64,000 bases of DNA from Methanobacteriota archaeon (GTDB taxonomy: Archaea > Thermoplasmatota > Thermoplasmata > SG8-5 > DAIRED01). Under the pieces are notes generated by a model. It made no database searches. It was not told where the DNA came from and saw nothing but the letters and a program-made list of their open reading frames with translations. The stretch is taken from the NCBI GenBank assembly GCA_043799545.1, contig JAZDNO010000029.1, positions 20,668-84,667 of the forward strand, read 5' to 3'. Position 1 is the first letter of the stretch. Every line of letters begins with the position of its first letter. Positions 8,090-17,600 of the stretch are shown piece after piece. A program made the position numbers and the translations under genes.

Positions 8090-10099
8090 ATGCCGACGGC
8101 CATGTTCTGCCCGCTATGCAAATCGCTCCTCACGCCTTACGGCAGGGGCAAAGGACAGACGCGGGTCTGCAAGGCCTGCGGCTACTCCGAGGGGGCGAAG
8201 GGCAGGGGAGCACCGCCCGCGCCACCGAATCCCAAGCACGCCGCCTTTCCGCTTTTTCCGTACGAGAGAATCCGCGACGGCCAGTGCGAGTTCATGGAGG
8301 ACATGCGCGCCGCGGCGGGCGAGGGAAAGGTCATGGTCGCCCAGGCCCCGACAGGAATCGGGAAGACCGTCGCCACCCTGGCAGTACTATTGGAGTACTG
8401 CTTGGAGAAAAAGAAGAAGCTGCTGTTCCTCACGTCCAAGCAGAGCCAGCACACGATGGTCGTCAACACCCTCCGGGAGATTTCCGAAGCCTCGGGGAAG
8501 AGAATCCGCGCCGTCGACATCATCGCGAAGCAGGCGATGTGCCCGGAGAGCGAGTCCTCTTTGCCAGGCTACGCCTTCGCGGCATTTTGCTTCATGCGCA
8601 TCAAATCGAAATCCTGCCCGTTCTACGAGGCGGACGGCGAGGCCGCTGGCAAGCTGATTCTCCAGAAAATCATGCACGTTGGGGAACTAAAGCGCTCATG
8701 CATGCGGCTCGGCGTATGCCCTTACAAGGCGGCTCTGGATGCGATTCCTGACGTCGACGTGGTCGTCTGCGACTACAACTACATGTTCGACGTCATGCGC
8801 GACAAGATGCTCGATAAGGTCGAGGGCGGCTTGCAGGGGATGGTGCTCGTCATAGACGAAGCCCACAACCTGCCAGACCGGATAAGGTCGAACCTGAGCC
8901 GGGAGCTGAACCATTACGGGATGGCGGAGGCCGCGAGGGAGGTGGGCACGGGCGCGCAGAGGGGCCAGCGCTACACAGGCTCGCTGAAGCGGGCGCTCAA
9001 CGGATGGGCGAAGGGCTCGATGGACGAGCCAGAGGAGTACGTCCAGAAGGAGCGCCTGACCGGCGCGCTGGACAGCGCCCTGTCCGAAACCCTCGGCGAG
9101 AGGGACGCGCCGGAGGATTACATCAAGTGGCTTGTGGACGTGGGCACGAAGACCATGCTGTCCGGAACCGGGGTCTCCCACGCCCTGGAGCTGGCGGAAT
9201 TCCTGAAGAGCTGGATGGAATCCGGGGAGGCGAGCGCAAGGATACTCGCGCGCGGCGAGGGCGGCGCGTGGGGACTGAAGCTCTACCACATGGACCCGGC
9301 GACGATGGGCGCGCCGGTTTTCGCGGAAATCCACTCGGCGGTGCTGATGTCCGGCACTCTGTGCCCTCCGGAGATGTACGCTGACATCCTGGCAATCCCC
9401 GAGGGGCGTCGGATGCTGAGGGTCTACGGTTCGCCGTTCCCGCCGGAGAACAGAAGGGTGCTCGCGCTGAAGGGGGTGAGCAGCGAGTGGACCCGGCGCG
9501 GGGAGGCGATGTTCGCCAAGTACGCACAGACTTTGGCGGAGCTGGCGAAAGCAACGAACGGAAACGTGGCCGTGTTCTTTCCTTCATATAAATACGTCGA
9601 GGAGGTTTCGAGCCGAATGGCGGGAAAGGCCGAACCGCAAAACCTGCTCGTCGAATCGCGCTGGATGACGAAAGGCGACAGGGACGACATCCTCGGAAGG
9701 CTGAGGGCGCGCGACGGGCCGAAGCTCCTGATGGCTGTACAGGGCGGAAGCCTGGGCGAGGGCATAGACTACGAGAAGAACCTGCTGTCGGTCCTCGTCG
9801 TCGCGGGGATGCCGCTGGCGCCACCGAACAAGGAGGTGCTCGCCCTGAGGGCGCACTGCGTCAAGCGGTTCGGGCGCGAGAAGGGCGAGATTTACGGCTA
9901 CTACGGCCCGGCGTTCAACAAGGTCGTCCAGAGCGCTGGCAGACTGATACGCAGCGAGACTGACAGGGGCGTCGTCATATTGATGGACGAGCGCTTCGCG
10001 CAGCAAAGGTACGCGGCGTTCCTGCCGCCCGAGTTCCGGCCGAAGGTCTTCGACAGGCCCATGCAGATGGTCGATGAGGTCCGGGAATTTTTCGGGTGA
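8090..10099 (+). CDS. xpd: XPD/Rad3-family 5'-3' DNA helicase (4Fe-4S) with N-terminal Zn ribbon
   Basis: Q motif RDGQ, APTGIGKT, four Fe-S Cys (MCP, AFC, SCPFY, VCPY), VIDEAHN, SGTL, EGIDY, QSAGRLIRSETDRG. N-terminal CPLC..CKAC. Confidence 0.92.
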   Translation: MPTAMFCPLCKSLLTPYGRGKGQTRVCKACGYSEGAKGRGAPPAPPNPKHAAFPLFPYERIRDGQCEFMEDMRAAAGEGKVMVAQAPTGIGKTVATLAVLLEYCLEKKKKLLFLTSKQSQHTMVVNTLREISEASGKRIRAVDIIAKQAMCPESESSLPGYAFAAFCFMRIKSKSCPFYEADGEAAGKLILQKIMHVGELKRSCMRLGVCPYKAALDAIPDVDVVVCDYNYMFDVMRDKMLDKVEGGLQGMVLVIDEAHNLPDRIRSNLSRELNHYGMAEAAREVGTGAQRGQRYTGSLKRALNGWAKGSMDEPEEYVQKERLTGALDSALSETLGERDAPEDYIKWLVDVGTKTMLSGTGVSHALELAEFLKSWMESGEASARILARGEGGAWGLKLYHMDPATMGAPVFAEIHSAVLMSGTLCPPEMYADILAIPEGRRMLRVYGSPFPPENRRVLALKGVSSEWTRRGEAMFAKYAQTLAELAKATNGNVAVFFPSYKYVEEVSSRMAGKAEPQNLLVESRWMTKGDRDDILGRLRARDGPKLLMAVQGGSLGEGIDYEKNLLSVLVVAGMPLAPPNKEVLALRAHCVKRFGREKGEIYGYYGPAFNKVVQSAGRLIRSETDRGVVILMDERFAQQRYAAFLPPEFRPKVFDRPMQMVDEVREFFG

Positions 10100-10227
10100 G
10101 CCGCTCTTTGGGCAGCGCCACAAATGAGTATATATTTGGAGCATCTAGCAATTAAAGTAGTTTTTTTCTCTTATTTTGCTGTGCAATACAATATGCGATA
10201 TTGTAGTATAAAAGGTGCGGTCGGTGT

Positions 10228-10641
10228 TTATTCGACAAGTCTCTGAATGAAATCCTTCGGAGTAATTATCTCTATGCCTCTCACTCTTTTCAAGGTAAGC
10301 AGATGTTTATCGCCAGTCACTATGTAACCAGCCTTGCCCGCAATGGCCGCTTCTATGACCTTGTTGTCATCGGGATCGTCTTTGACCAAATTCACTTTGG
10401 ATTTCGGGTGGACCACCTCTGAAATCTTGATAGTCATGGCTAGGATTTCTTTGATCTGCTCTTGTGAGTAAGGAAATTTTGGCCTAGACAGGACTTCCTC
10501 GAACTCGAACAATATTTCCGGGGAAATGACCAACCTCACCTTTTCCCTGTAGACCGCCCGGAGGGCCATGTACGGAGGCCCCTGTCCGTTCAACGCCGAA
10601 ACCAGAACGTTCGTGTCGTAGATTGCCCGTATATCGGCCAT
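10228..10641 (-). CDS. PIN-domain toxin (VapC-like, TIGR00305-type)
   Basis: YDTNVLVSAL, EFEEVL.RPKF, DDPDDNKVIEAA..GKAGYIVTGDKHLL. Confidence 0.9.
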   Translation of the reverse strand: MADIRAIYDTNVLVSALNGQGPPYMALRAVYREKVRLVISPEILFEFEEVLSRPKFPYSQEQIKEILAMTIKISEVVHPKSKVNLVKDDPDDNKVIEAAIAGKAGYIVTGDKHLLTLKRVRGIEIITPKDFIQRLVE

Positions 10642-10642
10642 G

Positions 10643-10909
10643 TCACGCGGCCTGCCTCTTTTTCCGGTATTCCCGTATCTCCTCCATGACTACTTCCTCG
10701 GTTATTCCGGCCTCTTTCGCCAGCTTGGAAGTCGCCTTCACCAGCTTGTCGAATTCCTTTTCCACGGAAGGGAAATCCACTCTCTTGAAAATAACGTAGT
10801 CCTTCTCACCGTACGCGATGAACCTGTCCTCCGCATTCAGTCCCAGGAGCGCCCTCAGCTCCGCAGGAATCACAACCTGGCCTTTCTTGGACATCTTCAC
10901 GAATTCCAT
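10643..10909 (-). CDS. AbrB/MazE/SpoVT-family antitoxin
   Basis: MEFVKMSKKGQVVIPAELRALLGL; ends 1 nt before the PIN start. Start trimmed to ATG 10909. Confidence 0.88.
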   Translation of the reverse strand: MEFVKMSKKGQVVIPAELRALLGLNAEDRFIAYGEKDYVIFKRVDFPSVEKEFDKLVKATSKLAKEAGITEEVVMEEIREYRKKRQAA

Positions 10910-11151
10910 CTGTATCACCGTTGAACAGTTATACGGTTCAACACTTAAATAACTTCCCACTAACGCCCTTGGGACTTGCAAAACATCTTTACGACCATAG
11001 CCAGCACCCAGGAAAACCGCAAATGGCATCTTCGCTGCGATTCCCAACGCAAAGCTGCCTATTTGGGGTTTTCAGCCCTCGGGCCACCGCATCTATTTCA
11101 CCCTTGCTCCCAACAAGCCCGCCACAGCTTCCAACCGACCTCTAGGACTTC

Positions 11152-11188
11152 GCCATTTTCTCTCCGCATTAGCTGGTGAGAAAATGGC
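11152..11188. repeat. Perfect 11-bp inverted repeat with 15-nt spacer
   Basis: GCCATTTTCTC (11152-11162) and GAGAAAATGGC (11178-11188). Confidence 0.8.
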
Positions 11189-11200
11189 ATCGTCCACCTC

Positions 11201-11383
11201 ATGCAACTGCCAGAGGTTGCCAAGGAAATATCTGGAGAGTTCGAGCACCCCTTAGACCAAGTGCTTAGGAGCCTGTCTTTCGGTCTTTGCCCAATCACGG
11301 GGTTCGTAATCTGCCACTATCCAGACGATTGCCCGGGCTGCATAGATATCACAGACGAGATGCTGAGGAGCGTGCTGCAATGA
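11201..11383 (+). CDS. Small Cys-rich hypothetical protein
   Basis: 60-aa ORF with four Cys; its TGA overlaps the next ATG (ATGA at 11380-11383). Confidence 0.45.
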   Translation: MQLPEVAKEISGEFEHPLDQVLRSLSFGLCPITGFVICHYPDDCPGCIDITDEMLRSVLQ

Positions 11384-11759
11384 GGAAAATCATAGACCAC
11401 AGGGGATACAAAATGCGCGGAATCCTCTACCTCCCGCAAGACCTCAACCGCCTGAAATGCACAACACCGAAACGCTGGACCACTGGATTGCGAAAGCCCT
11501 AGTCTTTCGCATCCTACGGAGGCTGGGGCATGACCTCGTAACAGAGTTCGAAATCACCGGCATGGGCATCGGGGACATATTCGATCTGACAAAATCGGTC
11601 CAGTACGAAATAGAAACCGTCAGTTACCTAAAAGCTGTCCAGCGAAGGGGCGAGCAATACGCCAGGATGGGCGTCGAGGTCATCGTGATACCGATGGGAA
11701 GGCTGCCGGAGGACATCGTGGAGCGGGAGAAGGCACTGAGGGAGTGGATGTGGGAGTAA
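11380..11759 (+). pseudogene. Possible frameshifted PD-(D/E)xK-like protein (or intact CDS 11457-11759)
   Basis: MRKIIDHRGYKMRGILYLPQDLNRLK joins MHNTETLDHWIAKALVF by a one-base shift at CTGAAATG (11452-11459). Downstream E..GDIFD..QYEIET resembles a nuclease core. Confidence 0.4.
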
Positions 11760-11764
11760 TTGAA

Positions 11765-11838
11765 GGCATCCCCGACCACGGTTTGTCGGGAAGGCTCACG
11801 CTGCCAGCCAGGCTTTTTTGGCGTTTGCGGCGACAGGT
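11765..11838. repeat. 74-bp cassette-boundary direct repeat, copy A
   Basis: Ungapped match to 13815-13888 (57/74 identical by manual count; exact 19-mer CGGGAAGGCTCACGCTGCC). Contains hairpin CCCGAC/GTCGGG. Confidence 0.9.
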
Positions 11839-11855
11839 GTAAGGGTTACGGTTGG

Positions 11856-12293
11856 TCATTTTTCAGCATCTCCCAGATATTGTCCAGTGATGCCTCCCCA
11901 GTAGCCATCAAACTTTACTGCTAAATCCATTGGTTGATCCAGCTCATATCGATTGAAAGTCACTGAAAATTGGTCACCATTAGTAAAAGTACCTCCGCCA
12001 TCAGTATCTATATAATCCCACACAAAGTCTGTATTATTCAGATAAGTACCATTGCATTCAATAATCACATTGAAATTCACAGCGTTTAGATGAACCCTAG
12101 CTGGATTTAAATAAATGTATGTGACATTAAAAATAATGGTCTTTGAAGTGTTATTTATGCTATATGGCGTCATCGTCCCAGAAATTTCTGGTTGGTCCTC
12201 AATGATCCCATCGTAGTAATTTACGGCGAAATAGACAACTAGAATTGTCACTATAGATACAATCGCCATAATTACACCTGTAATTTTTTTCAT
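11856..12293 (-). CDS. Membrane-anchored hypothetical protein; cognate partner of the orphan metallopeptidase cassette
   Basis: MKKITGVIMAIVSIV.. N-terminal TM helix, DYIDTDGGGTFTNGDQF; ATG overlaps the upstream TAA (TAATG); AT-rich. Confidence 0.8.
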   Translation of the reverse strand: MKKITGVIMAIVSIVTILVVYFAVNYYDGIIEDQPEISGTMTPYSINNTSKTIIFNVTYIYLNPARVHLNAVNFNVIIECNGTYLNNTDFVWDYIDTDGGGTFTNGDQFSVTFNRYELDQPMDLAVKFDGYWGGITGQYLGDAEK

Positions 12294-13819
12294 TATATCA
12301 CATCCCAATGCATACTTAACGTCACATCCACCGTCGGAGGTTCAATATTATAAACCTGCGAGAATAGAGCATTGCTAGTAGTGAACCAATATATCCTGGT
12401 ACTAAAATCGAAATTTACGTCATTGGCGTCTAAGTTTTCGTCAAGTAACGCTGCAAAGGGGATGTAATTTGGGGAATAGGCAAATTCATCAAACGTAATT
12501 ATCCCCTTTCGGTCCCCCATTTGCTCAACAAACCATTCCCAGCAAGATACCCCCCGTTCATCCCAGTGTGCAGGTTCTGGCCAATAATGATTGTCGAACC
12601 ATTCATCGTACCACTGATGATAGCTCATATAAGATATATCGCTTGTCATAAGCGTGTTCCAATCAACTGAGTAGCCGACATCATGGTAAGGTATCACATT
12701 TGGCCATCCTGTTGCATAATACCCATATTCATCTCCGAATCAGAAAACATAATGGCCTAACTCGTGAACAATTGTTGGTATCATATAACAACTATCAAAT
12801 GAATATCCATTATACGTCCTAGGTAAACTTACTTCGCCATCTGGGAATCCCCAGTTAATGCCGTTCCAATATCCGTTTAAGTTTTTAACATGTGGCCAAT
12901 AAGTGTCACTAGTTTCGTCCGCATCCTGGTCTCCAACCCTGATATTGACATTGTTCCAATTCTGCATATTATTATAGATTGTGACATCAGAGATATAAGC
13001 GTATCCATCTGTGCAGGTCATTAGATAAAGACTAGCGCCTTTGAACCCATCTTTTATTTGATTAATTTCTGCTATTGTTGCCTCCCAGCCGATGGAAACA
13101 GATAATTTAATTTTATAGACATTCGATGAATCCCGTGGGTTCTTCCAGCCAATTAAATATTCCCATTTGCTCAAGAGACCATCTCCATCATAATCATAAT
13201 CCGCATCTGATGGGTCAAATATGTTTAGACCATATTTATATTCATACCAATTTTGTATTCCATCTCCATCAGTGTCTATGTGAGCATCATTATGAATCGG
13301 GCTCAAGCCATTTTGTATTTCATACGGGTATGGTATTCCGTCCCCGTCCCCATCGTTCTGCCAAACATCAAACCACACCTCGCAGTCGTCCTCGTCGTCA
13401 TCTCCGCTCGTCCCCGTGCTCCCGTCCTCGTTCCCGCTGACGTGCCCGTAGCCGTCGCTGTCCCAGTCCGTCGGGCCGTTCGCCGTCCCGTCCCCGTCCG
13501 AATCCCCGGGGAGCATCCAGCCGCCGCCGATTCCGTCCTCCAGCTCGTCCCCGTCCATCAGGCCGTCGTTGTCCGTGTCCCCGTATCGCGGGTCGGTGCC
13601 GCTCTGCTTCTCCATATTGTCGTCCAGGAGGTCGCCGTCGGAGTTCACCTTCGTCGGGTCCGATGTGGCGGTGTAGGTCACGTCCGCAACGGGCGCGTTG
13701 TCTATCTCTACCTGCACCAGCCAGCCGGAGACTTCCTCGCCGTCGGAGAGGCCGTTGAACGGAGGATACACCAGGACTAATTCATCAACCAGGAGTGTCG
13801 GTTGTTCCACCGGTGGCAT
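12293..13819 (-). pseudogene. Orphan C-terminal cassette: GC-rich copy of the giant-protein pre-tip region fused to a CLCA-like HExxH zinc metallopeptidase with one in-frame TGA
   Basis: No signal peptide. GLSDGEEVSGW, GGGWM, NGPTDWDS and GYGHVSG.EDG..DEDDC..WFD are shared with 14606-24004. ASLYLMTCTDG..HELGHYVF*FGDEY; ORFs 12740-13969 and 12293-12697 are in the same frame. Confidence 0.85.
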
Positions 13820-13888
13820 ACCAGACCAAGGTTTGCCGGGAAGGCTCACGCTGCCGCATAACGCCTTTTGGCGTTTTCTTCGGCAGGT
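13815..13888. repeat. 74-bp cassette-boundary direct repeat, copy B
   Basis: Offset exactly 2050 bp from copy A; nested hairpin CTGCCG..AACGCC-TTTT-GGCGTT..CGGCAG. Confidence 0.9.
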
Positions 13889-13898
13889 TCGGGGGTTT

Positions 13899-14594
13899 CT
13901 AAACTGCATCCTTTTTCCTCCGCTTCCGCATGAAGTATATGGCAATTCCCGCGCCAGTAACAGTAACACTCACAGCGACGCCAATTATTACCAAGAGGGA
14001 ATCGCCATTAAAGTCTGGTTTCGATGTTCTAATTTCATTATTCGTTCTGCCCGGGGTCGGGTTTGCATCCGCATAAAAATCATCCGTCACGTTGTCCGTG
14101 TCGTATCCATATTCATATCTCGCCCATGAGTAATTCATGGGGGGATAATCATCGCCGTCAAATACATCAATATGCCCTGTCCAATCAGTATTGTCAACAA
14201 TAAACCGTCCTAGGTATCGAAGATCTAATTGAAATATATTTACAGATTGTCCTATTACCCAATCATTCTTCATTACTTCAATATCGGAAGTAAAAATAAC
14301 ATATTTATCCGGCTTAATTATCGCACATGTCTCATTTAATGGATATGGGCTAATTGAACCTATACCATCAAAGCTTATAGGATGAAAGTATAAATCCATT
14401 AAATTCACTGATTTCGCTGTAGGATTATATAATTCCACAAATGAACATTTATCCTCCATACCAGTTATGGAGTAATATATTTCATTTATCACAATATGTT
14501 TCGCGGATTGTGGTACTTCTTCAGATAATACTATCTGACTACATACATTTATGAGACACACACCCACACAGATTGCTATTATATTTTTTTTCAT
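13899..14594 (-). CDS. Exported lamin-tail-domain (LTD)-like protein with C-terminal TM anchor; cognate partner of the giant peptidase
   Basis: GGAGGAG SD overlapping the upstream TAG; signal peptide; IVINEIYY..FVELYNPT..VNL..ATPGRTN (LTD pattern); TM followed by RKRRKK. Confidence 0.82.
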   Translation of the reverse strand: MKKNIIAICVGVCLINVCSQIVLSEEVPQSAKHIVINEIYYSITGMEDKCSFVELYNPTAKSVNLMDLYFHPISFDGIGSISPYPLNETCAIIKPDKYVIFTSDIEVMKNDWVIGQSVNIFQLDLRYLGRFIVDNTDWTGHIDVFDGDDYPPMNYSWARYEYGYDTDNVTDDFYADANPTPGRTNNEIRTSKPDFNGDSLLVIIGVAVSVTVTGAGIAIYFMRKRRKKDAV

Positions 14595-14605
14595 ATAATC
14601 TCCTC

Positions 14606-17600
14606 CTAAAGATATGTGAACATATCTATCGACACAGTATCGAATAAAGGAGAAGCCCGTTGAGGTGTTTGCCACGCAATAGCTGCCGATTCGCCACAAA
14701 TATATGCCTCATATAGGCTGATAATACCATTACCATTAATATCGACTGAAGGATTGCAGCTAATCGCCCCTGTCGTTATATCTCCAGATAATGGAACTAA
14801 AGCATTCCGGAAATTATAATTAAAAAACCATTTAGAATCTGCCACGGTATTTACACCATAAGCATCTTCATCTGAATCTGCTGATGTATACACAATTCTC
14901 TTCGGCGACGAGAGTTCATCGATAAAACGACCACTTGAACATGTTTCCATCAAGATGACCATCCTTTCATAATTATTTAATTTTCCGACGTATGAACTTC
15001 CTGCGAATTCATCTTCATCAATGGTTTCTCCACTATCACCACCCCATAATTTAATAACACAATTACCCCATTGATTATCACCTGAGTGCCCGATTACTAT
15101 CGTAAAAAGAAAGTCATGTGGCCCCATTACGTTACTTAACCGAATAAAAGCACCAGTTATAGCTGCACAACTAGAAGGTGCATCAACCATATGTTGATGC
15201 TCATTAACTAATATTGCTGCATCGGGTATACCGTCATTATTATTATCATCGTCTGCTGGCCATTGTGAATTATAGCAATTTGATGTACTAATGGCGCTCC
15301 CATCTGCATAAAATACCTCGATATCCCTTTTCTGATAACTGTAATCCTCAATTAATAGGTCATACCATCTGACAATGTCATTCCATATGTTCGCATAATT
15401 ATATGCTGGTCCTGTGTTTGCCCCTATTATCAATGCATATCTTCCATTATAAATTGCAGGATCCTGCCAGCCCAAGCCTCCGGCTATGGCATTCACTTCG
15501 TATAAATCAGACATTCTATCGCCATCGGAATCCGCGATGTCTGGCCTAGTGCCATAGATTCTTTCACTGTTTCCGTCTAATCCATCTCCATCAATGTCGA
15601 TATTGGTAAATTCTATTGGATTAGTATTGTATGCTGGTTGACCTGGTTGTCGTTCTTTGACTTCCTCCCAATAAGTTAACCCATCATCATCGTTATCATT
15701 CTGTTTAATGTCAAACCATAAATCGCAATCATCCTCGTCATACGTTGTACCCCAACTCCCGTCTTCATCGCCGCTGACGTGCCCGTACCCGTTGGCGTCC
15801 CCGAGAGTATCATCTCCCGACCACTGACCGGTCTTCAAATCGTACCACATGCTCGCGTATGGCCACGCGCCCCCGACATCGCAAACGTCGTCGCCATCCG
15901 GCGGTGAGTGCCCCTGGTCGTCGTCGTAGAGAACGATTATGACCTCAATTGGATTGTTCGTGACCCAGTCCGACAATCCGCTAGACGGGAACGTAAATCT
16001 GCTCCCTATCTCGTTCGGGGTCTTGTGTGCGTCGTCGTCCCAATTCGTCACACCGTCCGCGTTCTTCCAGTTCGCGCCATTCGGGTCCTTCGTGTTGTCC
16101 CGCCCGTCGTCTTTATTCTGCCCGTACATCATTTCATCGATGAACACTTTAAGATAGAAATCTCCAGCATACGAGCCGTCCGGGTCCACCTTGTCCAGCG
16201 CCAGTATCTCCGTTATCTTCACTGTTAACTCAAGGTCCGTGATCGGGTCTACGTCGTACCCGTCCGGCGCCCCGTCCAGGTCCATGTCATGGTTCAGCGG
16301 GTCGGTCTCGCCCTCCGCCAGGTCCACGACTATGTCCCCATCCGGGTTCTCGCCCCTGTACGTCTCGGGACTGCAATGCTTCGCCACCTTCACGGAGCCG
16401 ATATAGAATACCGTTCCCGTCGAGCTGTAAACAGGCACCGTCCTCACGACCTCCGGGAGCGTCACAGGACCGCCGTCCCAGAACCCGTCGCTGTCCGTGT
16501 CAGGGGTGAGCCATGACGTTCCCTGCACGCCGACCAATCCAGGCCGGTAGTCGGTGGTCCATTCGTAGATGTTAGTCAGGCCGTCCCGGTCATAATCTTT
16601 GTCGTAATCTGCGGCGGGGAACGGCACGACCGCGTCTCCGTTCTCTCCCCTAATCACGAACCTCTCCTTGTCCGAAAGGCCGTCGCCGTAGCTGTCCCAG
16701 TCCGTCGGGCCGTTCTTCACGCCGTCCGCGTCGTTGTCGAGCCCCTTCACCATCCACCCGCCGCCGAACGCGTCTATCAGCTCGTCCCCGTCAGCCAGGC
16801 CGTCCCCGTCCGAGTCCGCGTTTCCAGGGTCCGTCTTGTATTGATACTCCCAGTAATCGTTTAAGGCGTCGGTATCAGTATTTTTCCTCAACGGGTCCGA
16901 CCTGATATGGTATGTATTGTCGATTCCGAGTTTGTTGTTGAACTCGATTGAGACGTTCCAACCTTTGACTTCGAAGCCGTCCATCAGACCATCCCTGTCA
17001 CTGTCCGCTATCAGGACACCGGTACCGTACCTCGCCTCGTCGCAGTCAAGTAGACCATCCCCGTCATCGTCGGCGTCGGCGTTGTTCCCGGTTCCGTCCC
17101 CGTCAGTGTCTAGCCATTCCGTCGAGTCGAGGGGGAATGCGTCCGAGGTATCGAAATGACCGTCGTTGTCGTCGTCGTGATCGGCAGTCAGAACGGTTCC
17201 CGAGAACCACGAGGGCTTGGAAAACGCAACGTCCGGCTTGTTATCGCCATCGGTATCGATGGCTCCGGTGGGGTTCAATCGCCATTCCAGTTTCTCCTGA
17301 ATGTCAAGCACCCCGTCATTGTCGTCGTCCAAATCTAAGACGAGCATTGGGGGTGAAGGCTTGTACCAATTAGAGAATGGCTCGACATAGACCTCGTCTG
17401 GTTGACCGTCCCCATCAGTGTCTGCCCATGCCCGGGGGTTGCGCGAAAATGCGTCCGCGTCATCCAAAACCCCATCATTATCGTCATCCTGGTCTTCATT
17501 ATCTCCTAACGGAGTTATCCCGTCAGGCTTGAAATCCCCATCAGTGTTACGAGATTCTAGGGGATTGCGCGAAAATTCCGGAGGATCTTCCTCGACATCG

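Noticed and set aside
12740-12742. In-frame TGA as selenocysteine or recoding
   Set aside because: The position corresponds to a structural Gly in the HExxH..G..DEY motif, no SECIS was recognised, and all other genes use TGA as stop.
11765-13888. 74-bp repeats as a DGR template/variable repeat pair or CRISPR repeats
   Set aside because: Mismatches are not adenine-specific, no reverse transcriptase is in the window, and there are only two copies 2 kb apart with genes between them.
12740-13969. ORF-track start at 13969
   Set aside because: It overlaps the partner gene and reads through repeat B; homology to the giant gene begins only near 13745.
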